Positions 42,885 to 56,815 of a stretch of DNA of 64,000 nt are shown here, piece by piece. Numbering within the stretch: position 1 is the stretch's first letter; each line of letters opens with the position of its first letter. A model generated the notes under the pieces. It searched no databases. It worked only from the letters and a program-made list of their open reading frames with translations, and was not told the origin of the DNA. Position numbers and translations under genes: made by a program. The stretch comes from Octopus vulgaris (Eukaryota): positions 136,462,001 through 136,526,000 of the forward strand of contig OX597815.1 of NCBI GenBank assembly GCA_951406725.2, written 5' to 3'.

Positions 42885-43260
42885 TGAATCATATATTTGA
42901 CTGCGGCCATGCATCAACACCGCCTTTAGTAGAGCAAATCGACCCCAGGACTCTTTCTTTGTAAGCCTAGTACTTATGCCATCGTACACTTTTCCCGAAC
43001 CGCTATGTTACGGGGACGTAAACACACCAGCATCGGTTGTCAAGCGATGTTGGGGAGACAAACACAGCCACACAAACATATTCACACACATACATTTATA
43101 TATATATATATACGACGGGCTTCTTTCAGTTTCCGTCTACCAAATCCACTCACAATGCTTTGGTCGGCCCGAGACTATAGTAGAAGACATTTGCCACACA
43201 GTGAGACTGAACCCGGAAAGATGTGGTTGGTAAGCAAGCTACTTACCACACAGCCACTCC
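42885..43260 (-). mobile_element. OR-type SINE
   Basis: Matches 3256-3681. Confidence 0.85.
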
Positions 43261-43736
43261 TTTAATAAATTTAATTGCGTGTGCTTAGAGTGAATTATTT
43301 TATCACGCCAACATAAGTGTGTAAGTGTGTGTGTGTTAATGTTTGTGCGGGGCGGTACGTATGTGTATGCAAGTATATATAATATATGTATATGTGTGCG
43401 TATGTGTGTGTGTGTTAGTATGTGCGGGAGTGAGCGTGTATGTTTGTATGTATGTATATATGGTCGGGTCGTCGGCGACTAAACCGGCAACTCCACCAAG
43501 CTTGCTTGGTGAGGAGGGTGTTTATTGGAAACCCTGCGGAATGAAAAACAAAATCCGTCAAAGGCCGGAGGAAATCTTGAGAGTCAACGACCATCCAATA
43601 AATTGTGTCTCTAGCACTTGCTTCTTTATTGGAAGCCTTTTAATGTACTTATATATGAATAATGTATAGTCAAATGACTAATTCGTGTTTTGTGCTAGGT
43701 CGCTGGTAATAATTTATTTTTATTACCCTTTTTACT

Positions 43737-43812
<76 letters not shown>

Positions 43813-44147
43813 TATGTGTGTGTATATATATATATTCATACATATTTATGCATCTATTTATATACATATATATAATGAAATTTCCGATCATTTTCTTTTA
43901 AAATTATGAAGTTTCATAGGGTATATTTTAAATAGATTGTATAGGAACTTGTTCTGAAACATAACGTAATTGACGAAATTATCAGTTTACGTATCAAATA
44001 AATATTCAAACCTCTTCACTCACTTTTTTCCATCTTTATTGACTTTAATCACATTATTGTAATTTATATTGTACTTTGTATTCTAATATAATCAATTTTA
44101 CAATCTGTCACTTAATTTGATTTCAAAAGATTTCAAACACACACTCG

Positions 44148-44207
<60 letters not shown>

Positions 44208-45199
44208 AGATAATTGAGATAACAGCATTATTTGAGGAAACTATTAAATTGGTTCTGACATCGACAAAAATATCCTTCATATGATGTAATACTGCAAGGT
44301 ATAATGTTATTTAAAAATGAGTACTATATTCTTTCCGTTTTTATGCCGTTAAGCATTTAAGATGCCTTTGTGTAAGCAATGCAGAGACAAAACAAATATA
44401 TCAAATGTACTTATTTGGGGATTGCTACTCTAGTATACATTCTATTACATACAAAAAGTCACATATTTACGCGCATATACACATATACACACAGGAGCAC
44501 AATTGTTTCCTTGTTAGTATCATCGTGCAACCTCGATAACGTACTCCAAATATTAACTCTTCTATAGACCTCTGCAAGATTTTTGAGTGGTGTCATGTCA
44601 ACCTTGATCTCCCATCATGAGAAAGCGACAATCACTACACATGTCAAGCAAAGAAACTTTGATACCACTCCGACATGAGCGACATGCAAATCAAAAATTT
44701 TATAATTATTCAGCTCTTAGTGTTTTCTATCATTGTAGCGATATCATATCCTCAACATAGTGATGAATGCATAAAAGTTCCTGACTTTTCTCTTCGGAGC
44801 TACAGAATAATTCAATCCCAACAACTACTAGCCTTTTACAAAAAAGAAGTGTGACCCACGATGAAGTACTCCTCTCTCATACGATAAAGGAATTATATTA
44901 TGCAACACGCTTATTGGCCTTCGTTAGTTATCTCTTAATTGTCTGTGTTGAAAAACTACAGAAAATTGCTATTATTTCCTTTCGCTTTTATGATGTGTAT
45001 AATAGTATTATGAGCGTCATCTATTTCCTATGGGAAATCGAGTTAATTTGCTCGTTTTCATTCACTTAACCTCAGTGTAAATAATATAAAAATCAAATTT
45101 AACATGTAATTATACTTACTTTTAACAAGCATTTATACTTAAAGTGAACACAAAAATTTATAAGTGCGTCGAGTTTCGAGATCTGCGATTGCAATGTAA

Positions 45200-46200
45200 A
45201 TCTCATTCACATATCAATCATGAAACACATTGTTCCACCATGTTTTCATTATGCACCCTATGGTAGTAGTGTCTAAAATCGAGTATATGCTGGTAGAAGC
45301 TGTGACCATTTTTCGTCAATGAGATGTATCTTCAGGCATAATCTGCAGCCCATTTTGCCATAGATCTGCAACAGTCCTACTCTGCATAGTTTTTTGTTTC
45401 GTGATTTCACAGTAAATATTGTATCAACGCGGCAAAGCAGTCACAACCTGCTTTCTCTTTCCTAATGAAATTATTGAGCAATTTCGTGCATTTCGATACC
45501 TTTTCTAAGTGTGGTTTGACAGTGACACCTACTTTGAGCTTTGCCTCAAAAAGCTTGGTCAAGAAGCGCTGAAGACGTTTATACCTGCAGACATATTAAC
45601 TAGAGCCGTGAAAAATTACATCACAAGCTCCAATTTTATATGCAGTTATGGTTACAACAACTTCCATGGTTCGCCAGTGGTACACACCTCACAATGTTAT
45701 TCGCAAAGTTGAGTTCAATTCGATGTAGCTAATGCCAGCTCTGATAAAGCCCCGTTGTATTTCCATTGTTGTCTCATAGGCAAAACAGTAGAAAAACTTT
45801 ATAAAATTGTTTGAAAGATTTATCTGTAATTCCACTATTCTAAGTCTCCGGGGAGTTCCTAGCTTTTCTCATCACATTTAAAGACATATAGCAAGACATT
45901 GGCACTGTTGTGTTCTTCGTTTGAGTGTCGCTAAGTGATCCAGAGAAAGAGATATATATTTATTTCCATTATGAAGCAGCAAGCTGTCAATGAATAGGTG
46001 CCATTCGGTTAGGTTACAAAGAAGTTTAATTGCCTCAAATATATTGGTCACATGCTAGCAGCTGCAGAGCGCATCTTGATAAATCGAGAAACTCGTAAAA
46101 CGTCTGATTCCCCTTAATTATGAGCTACATCTAACAGCTTCTTTTGTTTGAGCATAGTTTCAATATCACGGTACTGGACTTCGCAAGAGGCCAAGATAGG
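45200..46200 (-). pseudogene. Highly decayed DDE transposase, probably CMC/Chapaev-3 type
   Basis: EWHLFIDS-LLLHNGNKYISL, LHIKLEL, LFEAKLKVGV, KEKAG, NHETKNYAE, YGKMGCRLCLKIH, FYQHILDF...HNENM; possible CAC-starting terminus at ~46504. Confidence 0.7.
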
Positions 46201-48684
46201 GCATCTAGTAAATGTGATCTTTAATCACATCTACTAGGTTGCATTTCTGCCTTTCTTACATTGTACCTACGGCCTCCTATTCTGATATGCTGCTCCCCCT
46301 CTCTCATTCTCTCTCTCCCTCTCGTGCACTCCCCTCTCTCTGCAGGGTGTGGATATATGTTACCAGATGAATGTTTGTCATCGCAACGTTTGGAAAAGTT
46401 CATGAAGTAGCAGTTACCGTAAAACCTATGTAATTTGCGCACCTGTGTAATTTACGTAGGTGATTTTCAGGACAAAATTTGTTAAAAAAGTTTCTGCCCA
46501 TGTGAAAATTCACACCGAAACGTTTTCAGATTTGCTGATATAGCCAGGAGAAAAAAGATTTGAATTTAGTTTTATTTAGCATAATTCCATTTACTTATGA
46601 TTAGATTTTATTAAATTTTCATTAGATAAATATAATTTCTGTTTAACAGGTATCACACTGAAAGCCATTAAATTACAAAGCGTTTGTGTTGTTTATGATA
46701 AACATTATTTTTCATCCCTTGCTCACAAGAGATTATGTCCGATCTTTAGCATACTGCTGTATGTCTTCTCAAACCACGTTCCATGGCCAAATTGCTAATA
46801 AGAATTACCAACAAAAACAAAGCTGATAAATACGCACAGGTGTTGCAAATTAAGTTTAACTACCAATAAACATCACCTTGGATGACACTTTACTTAACCG
46901 ACAGAGGAAGGTGACCGATCAAACTGATTATATGAACAGGATTCTTTTCCGCATATTCTTGTCGGAAAATTTGATACGGAGAATATAAATTTTAATCGCT
47001 TTCACACTTATCAAATGTCAAGCAAACTTCAAAATTATCCCTATTTTAAGTATGGGCAGAACTTATGGAGTCGTTTACTGTGAATGCGAAATTAAATATG
47101 TTGAATATACATTTGAACTTGGCAATAGAGTTACCGGAAGGCATTTTAATCTTAATGAACCCAATGTTAGAAATTACGTAAACAGAACGACAAACTCAAA
47201 ACTGTGCCTAGGAATAAACAGACAAAAATAAAAACCATGCAATCAAGATTCTACATATTATATTTATTTCGGTCAGGAAGATCCATAGCCCTATGTATGT
47301 CATTGGTGCTCCATTGCGATACGTAGAAGCTCCAAGTAATGTAAAATATTGCCCAGACCGTGTTTACCAGCATGGACGCCAGACTTCAAAAAGTAGTTAA
47401 CAATTTAATGGTTTTATTAAATTTATACAGAAAAAGTAAGCATTATACCGTCCAGCATAATAAAAGTTAACTTCATTATATTTAAGCCATTGTTTTTTCT
47501 GTAAAAACCGATTCTGACATTAAATGAGCCAACTTCCGGTCCGAATGTTTACGTTTTGTACGTCTTTTTTCAACTACATGATCTATTCATCAAATTTACG
47601 CACCTCTTAAATTTTAGCTTTATTTTTACGAAAAAAAAGTGCATAAATGTCATGGGTTTGACTTTAATTTTAAGTAGGTTCTTACTTAATTCTTGGGATA
47701 GTAAACTTGGCGGTTCTTTCTTACATTCTGTATCCTCCTCTAAAAGATTAAAAACAAAACTGTTGTTGCGAAGAATTAATTTTATTTTACCTGTCAATAA
47801 AGGGGAAAATATTCCCGAAAGCATGTTTTAAATCCGATCGGTATTTTCTAAAATACTGGTAATTAATGCTTTGGAAGTTTAAAATTTTTAAAAATAACTT
47901 TTGTTATGGTACACACATGCACTTTTCAAGTAAGAAAAGATAGTACATATTACGTTCTAGAACTTTCTGCACTGCATGCAGGTGACATGACGTTAACAGA
48001 AAAGGTTTTGGTCACCAACAGACATGACAAAATATATTTTGTAATCATTTATTTTAGATCGATCACAGTACTTTTCCATTGTTGTCTTGATAAATATGAT
48101 AAGTGCTCCACAAACATAGTAAAATAAGCCAGGCTAGTGCTCACAGCCTCGGGACATTATCTCACTAAAAGTAGATAGACAGCTAGAACTAAACAGAAAC
48201 GGTGAGTTTATAGGTCCCTGTAATTTTATTACTATTTATATTACTGCTAATTTCTAAAGAATTGAAGAAAGTTGTTGAGTGAAATGAGAAATTCTAGAAA
48301 GCACTTGAACGTCCTCGAAAGTTTGAGAACTTCTCTATCAGCTACTCAGCACCAAATATATATCGAATTTTCAGAATAACAGGTAATTTAAAATGTCATT
48401 ATTGAGTTCAAAAACTTAACGTTTGATGAGAAAAAATATTTCTTATACGTTGTCGGAATATGTTCAGTAGTCAAGTAATCATTTTGCTAGAGTATTTTAT
48501 TACATAGTTAGCAGAAAAGAATATTTCTAACCATAGAATATTGATACAAACACGCATTCGCGATTGCACACATACATACATACACACAAAAACGCGCGCA
48601 CCTGTACGCGCTAGCGCATACAAGATCGTACATATATCTACACACATACATACATACATACACACATATATACATATGTGTGTG

Positions 48685-48736
<52 letters not shown>

Positions 48737-49259
48737 GAGTGAGAGATACTCTTAAGTTAAAAATTTTCAATTATATAAAACAAATTATAAAACAGAATTG
48801 CAAATCATTAAGAAAAGCTTTCGAAATGTAGAAGTACTCTCGCTATTTACAGCTTCTCAGACAAACGTGTTAAGTGGATGTGTAAGTTATGATTAATTAA
48901 TAATTGAAGACATTGCAGGTAATATGACATATTTCTGTAGAGCAACATCGAAAATCATGTGCAAACCTAAACCTTAATATAATTGCTTTTAGTAGCAATG
49001 TTGACTATCTGTCAGTGAGTTTCGGATATGTAATTCTTATTTTGTATTCTCTTTCCGGTGTGTTGTTAAATATTTTCTTCCTTTATTTTACGAAACGTGA
49101 ATATTTCGAATTTTCCGTTTGTGCAAATGTCTCGTGGTTCATTACATGGAGCAATTATAGAAGATGAATTTCTAATCTGTTGCATATTTACTCTAATTGT
49201 GTGTGTATTAAGAAGCATTTTTAAATAATTCTACACACGGACACACACATACATACACC

Positions 49260-49297
<38 letters not shown>

Positions 49298-50859
49298 GTA
49301 TGTGCATATATATATATATATGTGTGTGTATATATCTATATATAATAAAATACAAAATGGGACAAGAACGCAAAACATCCGGACAACTACGTGATTCAAA
49401 AATCATTACTAAACCAACCACGCAGGGTGAACTCTGGAACACCATTTTCTCTCGATATTTTTGCTTTCATTTCGCCATTTCCAATGCGGTCAGCCAAATT
49501 TAACTTTTCCTCTACAGAACAGTATATCCTCTTAGGCATTGTGTATGCATATGGCAATATTTTTAAATATCTGCAAGATAGCTTGAAATTATATAAATCG
49601 TACCGCCAGAGTGTTAATTGCTTCCTTTAAATATTAATTTGTTTGACTCATTCGAAGCCTTTGATTGGCAGAAGCTTCTTCAAACAATCCAGTCAAATGG
49701 TGGAAAACAAGCTGTCAAAAGCGCTTACCGGTCAAAAAGGTGTTGTTTTCATCACAAAATCAAAAAATATTATGCACACAAAACATGTAATTAGCACCCA
49801 ATTATATGGTAACCGACTGCAATATTTTCAAGCTGTTGATTAAGGTATGTATTTCGTAAGAATTCGCTGAAATTCTGCCTTTAATAAAGGTTTTTGCAAG
49901 TTGTAAGCGATAATGAGTGAAATTCTGCTTCACATTATTTGGGGTCCATCAAACCACCCGTGTTATATGCCCGGGACGCGGTATAGCGAGACGCCTTATA
50001 AAGAGGGAGCACTGTACCAGCTGAATAATGGGCTCATTTGTATTGACTTAACCCCCACCCCTGATCTTACTGGCCTTGTGCCAAAATTTGAAACCGATAT
50101 AATACGAAGTAGTACCAGGAATACCTATTAACTAGATGCTTATAAACAATCTCATGAGCTTGTGCTCGTCACCTAGAAAGACACGTCCAAGCAAGTCATG
50201 TTTATGTGTTACTGGAGCATATTTCCATCAAGATAGTCGCGAATGATTTTTTTCCATCCGTGTAGGTATTATTTAATGTTATAATTATCAGTGCTGATTG
50301 TAACATTTATAATCGTTACTGATAGTTTATTTTCGTTCTGTTATGCTTACTTATATACTGGATACATTGTTGCATGGTTTTCATGCGTTTATGAATGCAT
50401 CTTATTTTCATTGAAGTTCCATTGAGTTGCTTTATATTCAGTGTGTATTCTTTTTTTCTCTGTATTGGATCGTTTTATTTTATATTATAAATTTTCAGTA
50501 ACCTGTTTCGCATTGGATTTTTTTTTGTGTTACACTTTCATCATTTCTCTCCTGTATCTCGTACGTTTCTCACATATTGATAGTTTGTGTTTGATGTAAT
50601 ATGAGTGTGTTGCATTTATGTGATACATCAAAGTAGTTGCTCTTTGATCTAAGATTTTTCTTTTATTTTGAAGGACACTTCCTATTTTGTGTTGACGTTT
50701 ACCATTTGCTAGAATGCAGCTTCTGTCCCTGTTGCACAGGATAAGAAGCAATCTGATTGCATTAAACTCATCATTGCATTAACCATTCATCTTAAATCGA
50801 GGACTGGATGTTATATTTTTATTAGCACATATATGTATATATATATATATATACATATG

Positions 50860-50893
<34 letters not shown>

Positions 50894-50937
50894 TATATAC
50901 ATACACACACATATATATAAGTATATAAATATGTGTG

Positions 50938-50972
<35 letters not shown>

Positions 50973-51006
50973 ATGCATATGTACATATACGTACACGTGC
51001 GCGCAC

Positions 51007-51084
<78 letters not shown>

Positions 51085-51677
51085 ATGGGTGCGTATACTG
51101 TTGCAAATAGCTAAGGTGTTGCTGAGTATCATTGGCTTTATTTTAACATGGATTGTTTGGCTTCCTTTTTTTTCCATCTCCTTTCTTCTTAGTGACAATG
51201 GCATGATGTTGCAAGCAATATATTTATGAATGTAATGCATGCAGTAACATGCATATAATAAATCTAGCGAACAATAAAGACTGAAAGACACGCAATAAAT
51301 ATTAGTTCTGCTTATTGGGGATCAAAATAGCATCACTGTGCCTCGGATTAATTTGGTCCTCGATTCGTAGAGGCAAACGGATTGATTTTACTTGTTAAGA
51401 AGAGCTAAGCTTCATCACATCAATAGTGTCACTCAATCTCAACTCTCTCTCTTTCAATATGCATAAAAATTCCAAAGGGGAGAATGTATACGAAAGAACT
51501 ATTGTTGTACAGATGTATCTGTCAGCATGCACTCGCACAAATAAATAGACGCGCTCGCGCAAACATACACACATGTATGTTTAAAGACGTATAAATATAT
51601 ATATACGCACACACACACAGATGAACATATATACACAGACACACGCATACACACATCTATACATACACCCTCTCACG

Positions 51678-51733
<56 letters not shown>

Positions 51734-51755
51734 CTGAGAATTTACAAAAAAAATA

Positions 51756-51963
51756 AAACAAAAGACGAAGATGGGTGTGTAAACAACAAACAGATGTATT
51801 AGTTTAACGCTCGGGAAGTGAGAAAGTCTTTTACGTTTCGAGCCTACGCTCTTCGACAGAAAGGAACACAGAAGAGAACAAGGAAAGAAAATAATAAGGG
51901 GGTGGTAAATTTATATATATATATATATATACAAGTTAGGTTTTAGGTGACCACGAGATTTTG
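51756..51963 (-). repeat. Left arm of an inverted duplication (pLTR-like tail, (TA)n and flank)
   Basis: Reverse complement of 53898-54127 with few mismatches. Confidence 0.9.
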
Positions 51964-52119
51964 AATCAACCTCAATCCTTTTTTTTTTATATATATATTT
52001 TACGTCTCATTAGCCGGACCACTATGTTACGCGGGCGTAAACATATGAGCACATGTTGTCAAGCAGAGTGGGTGACGAACACAGAAGTGCACACCTAAAA
52101 CTGTACGCTACAAATGATA

Positions 52120-52520
52120 AACAGCTGGAAGCATTACTACAGAAAGTACGTTGCTTAGTGTAGCTGACTTAGGCATGTTGTAATGGGTCAGTTGCTCAAT
52201 ATACAACATCTTTACGGTGGTCAACCTTAATGTCTATCTTGAGGAGCCTTCATTTCAAAGAGGACACCATCATTCATCAGCCATATGTATTTGGATTTCG
52301 AGTAATTGCTGCGAATGCTATAGCTGATGACGGCACTCACGTCAAAATGAAACACGGAAGCGGCTTTGTTGGTATTGCGGATATCTACTGATATACGAAG
52401 TGGCAACTGGAGTACTTATTAACAAGAACAAAATCGTGAGCCCATGACTTGTCACGTAGAGAGGAATGTCCAAACCAGTCATGTTCATGGATGGCTGGAG
52501 CAATATTACTATCATCGAGA
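52120..52520 (+). pseudogene. Very old RTE LINE C-terminal remnant
   Basis: EALL...S*LRHVVMGQ...QHLYGG...HFKEDT...AIADDGT resembles RWLGHVVRM...QLLYGE...RFKDT...LAxDR. Confidence 0.5.
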
Positions 52521-52699
52521 TAATTGTAGTATGGTTCTTCCCAGAACTCAACATGAAGAACTCTGATGAAGTTACACACAGGATATATTAACAAACAGAA
52601 TGTGAATTACGCATACATCACATCCATTATTTTATTAAAACGTGACTGTTGTGTTTTGCGTCAGCATATATTTGACCATCTGAAACGTTTGGTATCTTT

Positions 52700-53000
52700 G
52701 TGAAGGGATACATTCTTCTAGTTAAATTTTGCCATTTCACTTTGAGAGTGCAGGGTTTAGTATTCTGTGAGTGACCTTACACAGTCATACACTGAGACTG
52801 ATGTATCTGCATAGATTATTTGATAGTGAGAAGGTTCGGTTACTGATTATGAAGATAGTTTTCCCAACACTTCGTTCTTTTGACAAGTCTGCAGACATGG
52901 TAAAATGAAGACACAACCTGAACACCAGTAACATGGCATGTCACCCGAGGCTCCCATCTGTCTACCAACCGGACTGCATTTAATATTACGCCAAACTTTT
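52700..53000 (-). pseudogene. Very old RTE RT-core remnant
   Basis: TGV-Q(G)CV and IYAD...HRILN on the minus strand. Confidence 0.45.
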
Positions 53001-53324
53001 CACTGTGTAGACGGTTGGTGCTGAGTATCTGGGCCAAAGAACATAAATTTAGAATTGCTAAGTGTCCCCAGATAAATATTCACTTATAGATAAATTAATG
53101 ACTCTTGATGGAATATGAACTTGTTTCATTTATACTCGGATTATCTTACACTAATATTCAACGCTTGCTCTAATTCACTGCCGTCAGGAAAATACATTGA
53201 TCAAAATACATTAAAAAGACAAATATAAGATATCCGTGGAAGAAACTAGAACGTTTCAGACGTTTCAGTTGGTTGACTTATTAAACTTTGCTACGAACAA
53301 GCATAATGGCTTCTTATTTAAACA

Positions 53325-53512
53325 TAAGTCTAGCAATTTCTCAGAGGAGGGGAGTTAACTGACCACAGTACTTGACTACATCCTCAATTTATCAACCGTA
53401 GAAGAATCAAAAGCAAAGTGGGACTCTGTGGGATTTTAAATTACAGTATAAAATGCTAGATTAAATAGTGCAAGGCATTTTATCCGATGTTCTAATGATT
53501 CTGCCAGCTCAT
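53325..53512 (-). mobile_element. OK-type SINE, diverged
   Basis: aaagcaaagtgggactctgtgggattt...ctaatgattctgccagctc. Confidence 0.65.
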
Positions 53513-53897
53513 TGATTTGGTTGTTGTAATAACAGTAACCAAAGCTGTTACACACCCGCAAACTTGGACGCTGATACCAGACCGCACATTCAAAATTTCT
53601 CCAATATGACACATTAATCATTTGAACCAAGGGTTAAATCTATTACAACACTTCGGAAATTCAATACCTTTAGAAGCTTTCAGGTAATTGCACGTACATG
53701 CAGTCAATCACTCTGTTCTAGTCAAAAGGTTTTGCATAATACCTGACAATATTATACCAAATCTCGAGTATTATTAGACAATACTGTATCACTACTTCAG
53801 ATAATTTCAAGACAATTTCTGAAAAGTATAGACCGATTTTGTTTTATTTTGGCAACATAATTAATATTATTGTTGAGTTCAATAAAATCTTAGAAAC

Positions 53898-53927
53898 CAA
53901 AATCTCGTGCTCACCTAAAACTTAACT

Positions 53928-53976
<49 letters not shown>

Positions 53977-54127
53977 TTACCACCCCCTTATTATTTTCTC
54001 TCCTTGTTCTCTTCTGTGTTTCTTTCTGTCGAAGAGCGTAGGCTCGAAACGTAAAATACTTTCTCACTTCCCGAGCGTTAAACTAATACATGTTTGTTGT
54101 TTACACACCCATCTTCGTCTTTTGTTT
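53898..54127 (+). repeat. Right arm of the inverted duplication
   Basis: Reverse complement of 51756-51963. Confidence 0.9.
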
Positions 54128-56235
54128 AATATGTAAAAAAAATCCCCCAAAACAATAGAATAATCGTGCAAATTCAGCTTCGTTTTTCTTTTCTGTGTAG
54201 CTCCTTATCGAAATAAAAAGGTAATATAAGTATTACCAATATCACCAAATTAATGTATAAATCCTTAAATCCTTAAAAATGTTCTAGCCCGAAGGCCGCG
54301 GCCATGCTGGTGCACCACCGCTGTGTATTGTTAAGCACTTGTAGTTGCAGCATTTCGTGCAAGGTAGAACCCTTAAAGACGTATATTGTTTACAAAAAAA
54401 CATATTATTCATCAAAGCTAAGTGAAACGAAATTTCCTCGAAGTGAACGAGAATGTCATGTCAATATTTCACAGTATTCTCTGCTTCCTAGTGCCATATA
54501 CTCGCCACTCCTCCGAAACAAATTCGAATTGCCGAGCAGAAATAAATGCAGCTAGGGTAAAATGTATCTGCGGATGTGAAAAAGCGCTGCACAAGGAAAT
54601 CTAAAAATTCAAATTTTATCGGAAGCAGCTTAATAATATAAACATTATCAATATCACATACTTAATGAATGTGTGTTACTACACACTTATAGCAGCATTA
54701 GTTCTTCTGAAGGCAACCTATTTGACGACGTGTGATGGTAAAAAAAAAACCCATTATTTTTCAAGGCAAATCTTTAATGCTTTTAGTGTTAGAATTAACG
54801 AGCGCTACTCAATCATGATGAAGTGCTGAGTTTATTATATCAACAAGTGTAAAGTATTTTCCTTGTCTCCAAACATTAAAGTTTCTTAATTTCTTTCTCT
54901 CCAGAACTGAATGTAGCGGATTTTTTATTCGCTGATCTTCTACCATTCAATAACTGACAGTTCGCAAACGGAACACTCAATTGTACATAATTTCCACGAA
55001 TATTTGTTACGGATAATATAGCAAAGGTAGAAAATACTATGCGTTTGCTCACTCTCCTGGGGGTTATGTGTAGAAATTTTTAGAGGCCTTTCTCATTGTG
55101 ATTATAATGTCAGCAATATTTGCTGTATGAATACGAGCAATGTTTGGAGTATAGGTAAAGTACCACATTGACCCTTGGATACAAACAAGCACTTAACACC
55201 TACAAAGACAAGTAGTTATAAGCAAGAATTATGTCAGATAAATATAGTAGCATTACTTACCTGAAGTGTAAAATTTAATTATACAATAAAAACATACGAA
55301 AAACACAATATTGACAAATTACATATACACGTAACTAATTCTCGTAACTAATAACAAATTACATATACACATAACTCAGCTTTTTCATAGTAAGATTTTT
55401 TTAAACTTTTAACTCTAATTTCAATAGGTGGGATTTAATTCGTAATTCACTGCGATGAATTATTTATACCATTGTCAACATGTCCTACACTTTCCAGAGA
55501 GGTGAGCGTATTTAAATCGATGTCATCCTTTGACTGATACTTTACGTTATGGGCGCAGGAAATATAAAAAGCTACGTTGATCTCGATGGAATTTGAACTG
55601 AGAACTTATAGTGTTTAACCTCTGTCGAGATATACGATGGAAATTCTTACTATATTATTTATATGTTTACATATAACTTTCACATCAGTGAAAATTTATT
55701 TTGTTGAGTTATGAGTGTATGCGCCTATGTGTATGTGTCTGTATATATTTGTGTGGGCGCACGCACATGAGAAGAGAGTCTGTCATCGATTTAATTTATT
55801 ATTGTTTTCACTATGACATATATAGCTAAACTGTCTATGAAATTATTTGGATGAATATATGAGGAATATTTGTATCAGCCTCCGCAGAAAATATATATTA
55901 CTTTGTGGTTTTACTCTACAGATATAATTGCAAATTCGACCTACTAGATCATTGCCATACAAGAGTTAGACAATCAAATAACAGGTGATAACATGAATAT
56001 TTATTAAATCATGTGATGCAATACCTGTCTCTGAAATGAAGATTGAAATTGAGATTGAGAATGGCTAAGATGAAAGAGACATACCTCTCTTAATGAAAAT
56101 ATTCACATGTATGAAATGGGATTCCCTTTCCCTGGACAACAAACCGTCTCACGGTCATTATTCTATGAAGCGCAACAAAATAAATTATTTGGTATAACGC
56201 TTTAATATTTTACAAAGTACTACATTAGCAAAGTA

Positions 56236-56815
56236 GAGCTGGCAGAAACGTTAGCATCCGGGCGAAATGCTTAGCGGTATTTCGTCTGTCACTACGTTCT
56301 GAGTTCAAATTCTGCCGATGTCGACTTTGCCTTTCATCCTTTCGTGGTCGATAAATTAAGTACCAGTTACGCACTGGGGTCGATATAATCGACTTAATCC
56401 GTTTGTCTGTCCTTGTTTGTCCCCTCTGTGTTTACTCCCTTGTGGGCAGTAAAGAAAGAGGTATTTCGTCTGTCGCTACGTTCTGAGTTCAAATTCTGCC
56501 GAGGTTGACTTTGCCTTTCATCCTTTCGGGGTCGATTAAATAAGTACCAGTTACACACTGGAGTCGATATAATCCACTTAATCCGTTTGTCTGTCCTTGT
56601 TTGTCCTCTCTGTGTTTAGCCTCTTGTGGGTAGTAAAGAAATAGGTATTTCGTTTGCAGTTACGTCCTGAGTTCAAATGCCGCCGAGGTAGGCTTTGCCT
56701 TTCATCCTTTCGGGGTCGGTAAATTAAGTACTAGTTATGCACTGGGGTGAATGTAGTCGACTTAATCCGTTTGTCTGTCCTATGCTTAGCCCCTTGTGGG
56801 CAATAAAGAAATAAG
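56236..56815 (+). mobile_element. OK-type SINE head-to-tail trimer (184-bp period)
   Basis: One head gagctggcagaaacgttagc; units restart at ggtatttcg (56276, 56460, 56644); core gactttgcctttcatcctttcggggtcg. Confidence 0.9.

Noticed and set aside
46290-46410. Strong plus-strand polypyrimidine tract plus CAG acceptor
   Set aside because: All frames stop within ~65 nt, and it lies in the probable 5' region of the Chapaev-like element
56236-56815. CRISPR-like or satellite array
   Set aside because: The units are SINE bodies with no unique spacers; eukaryotic context
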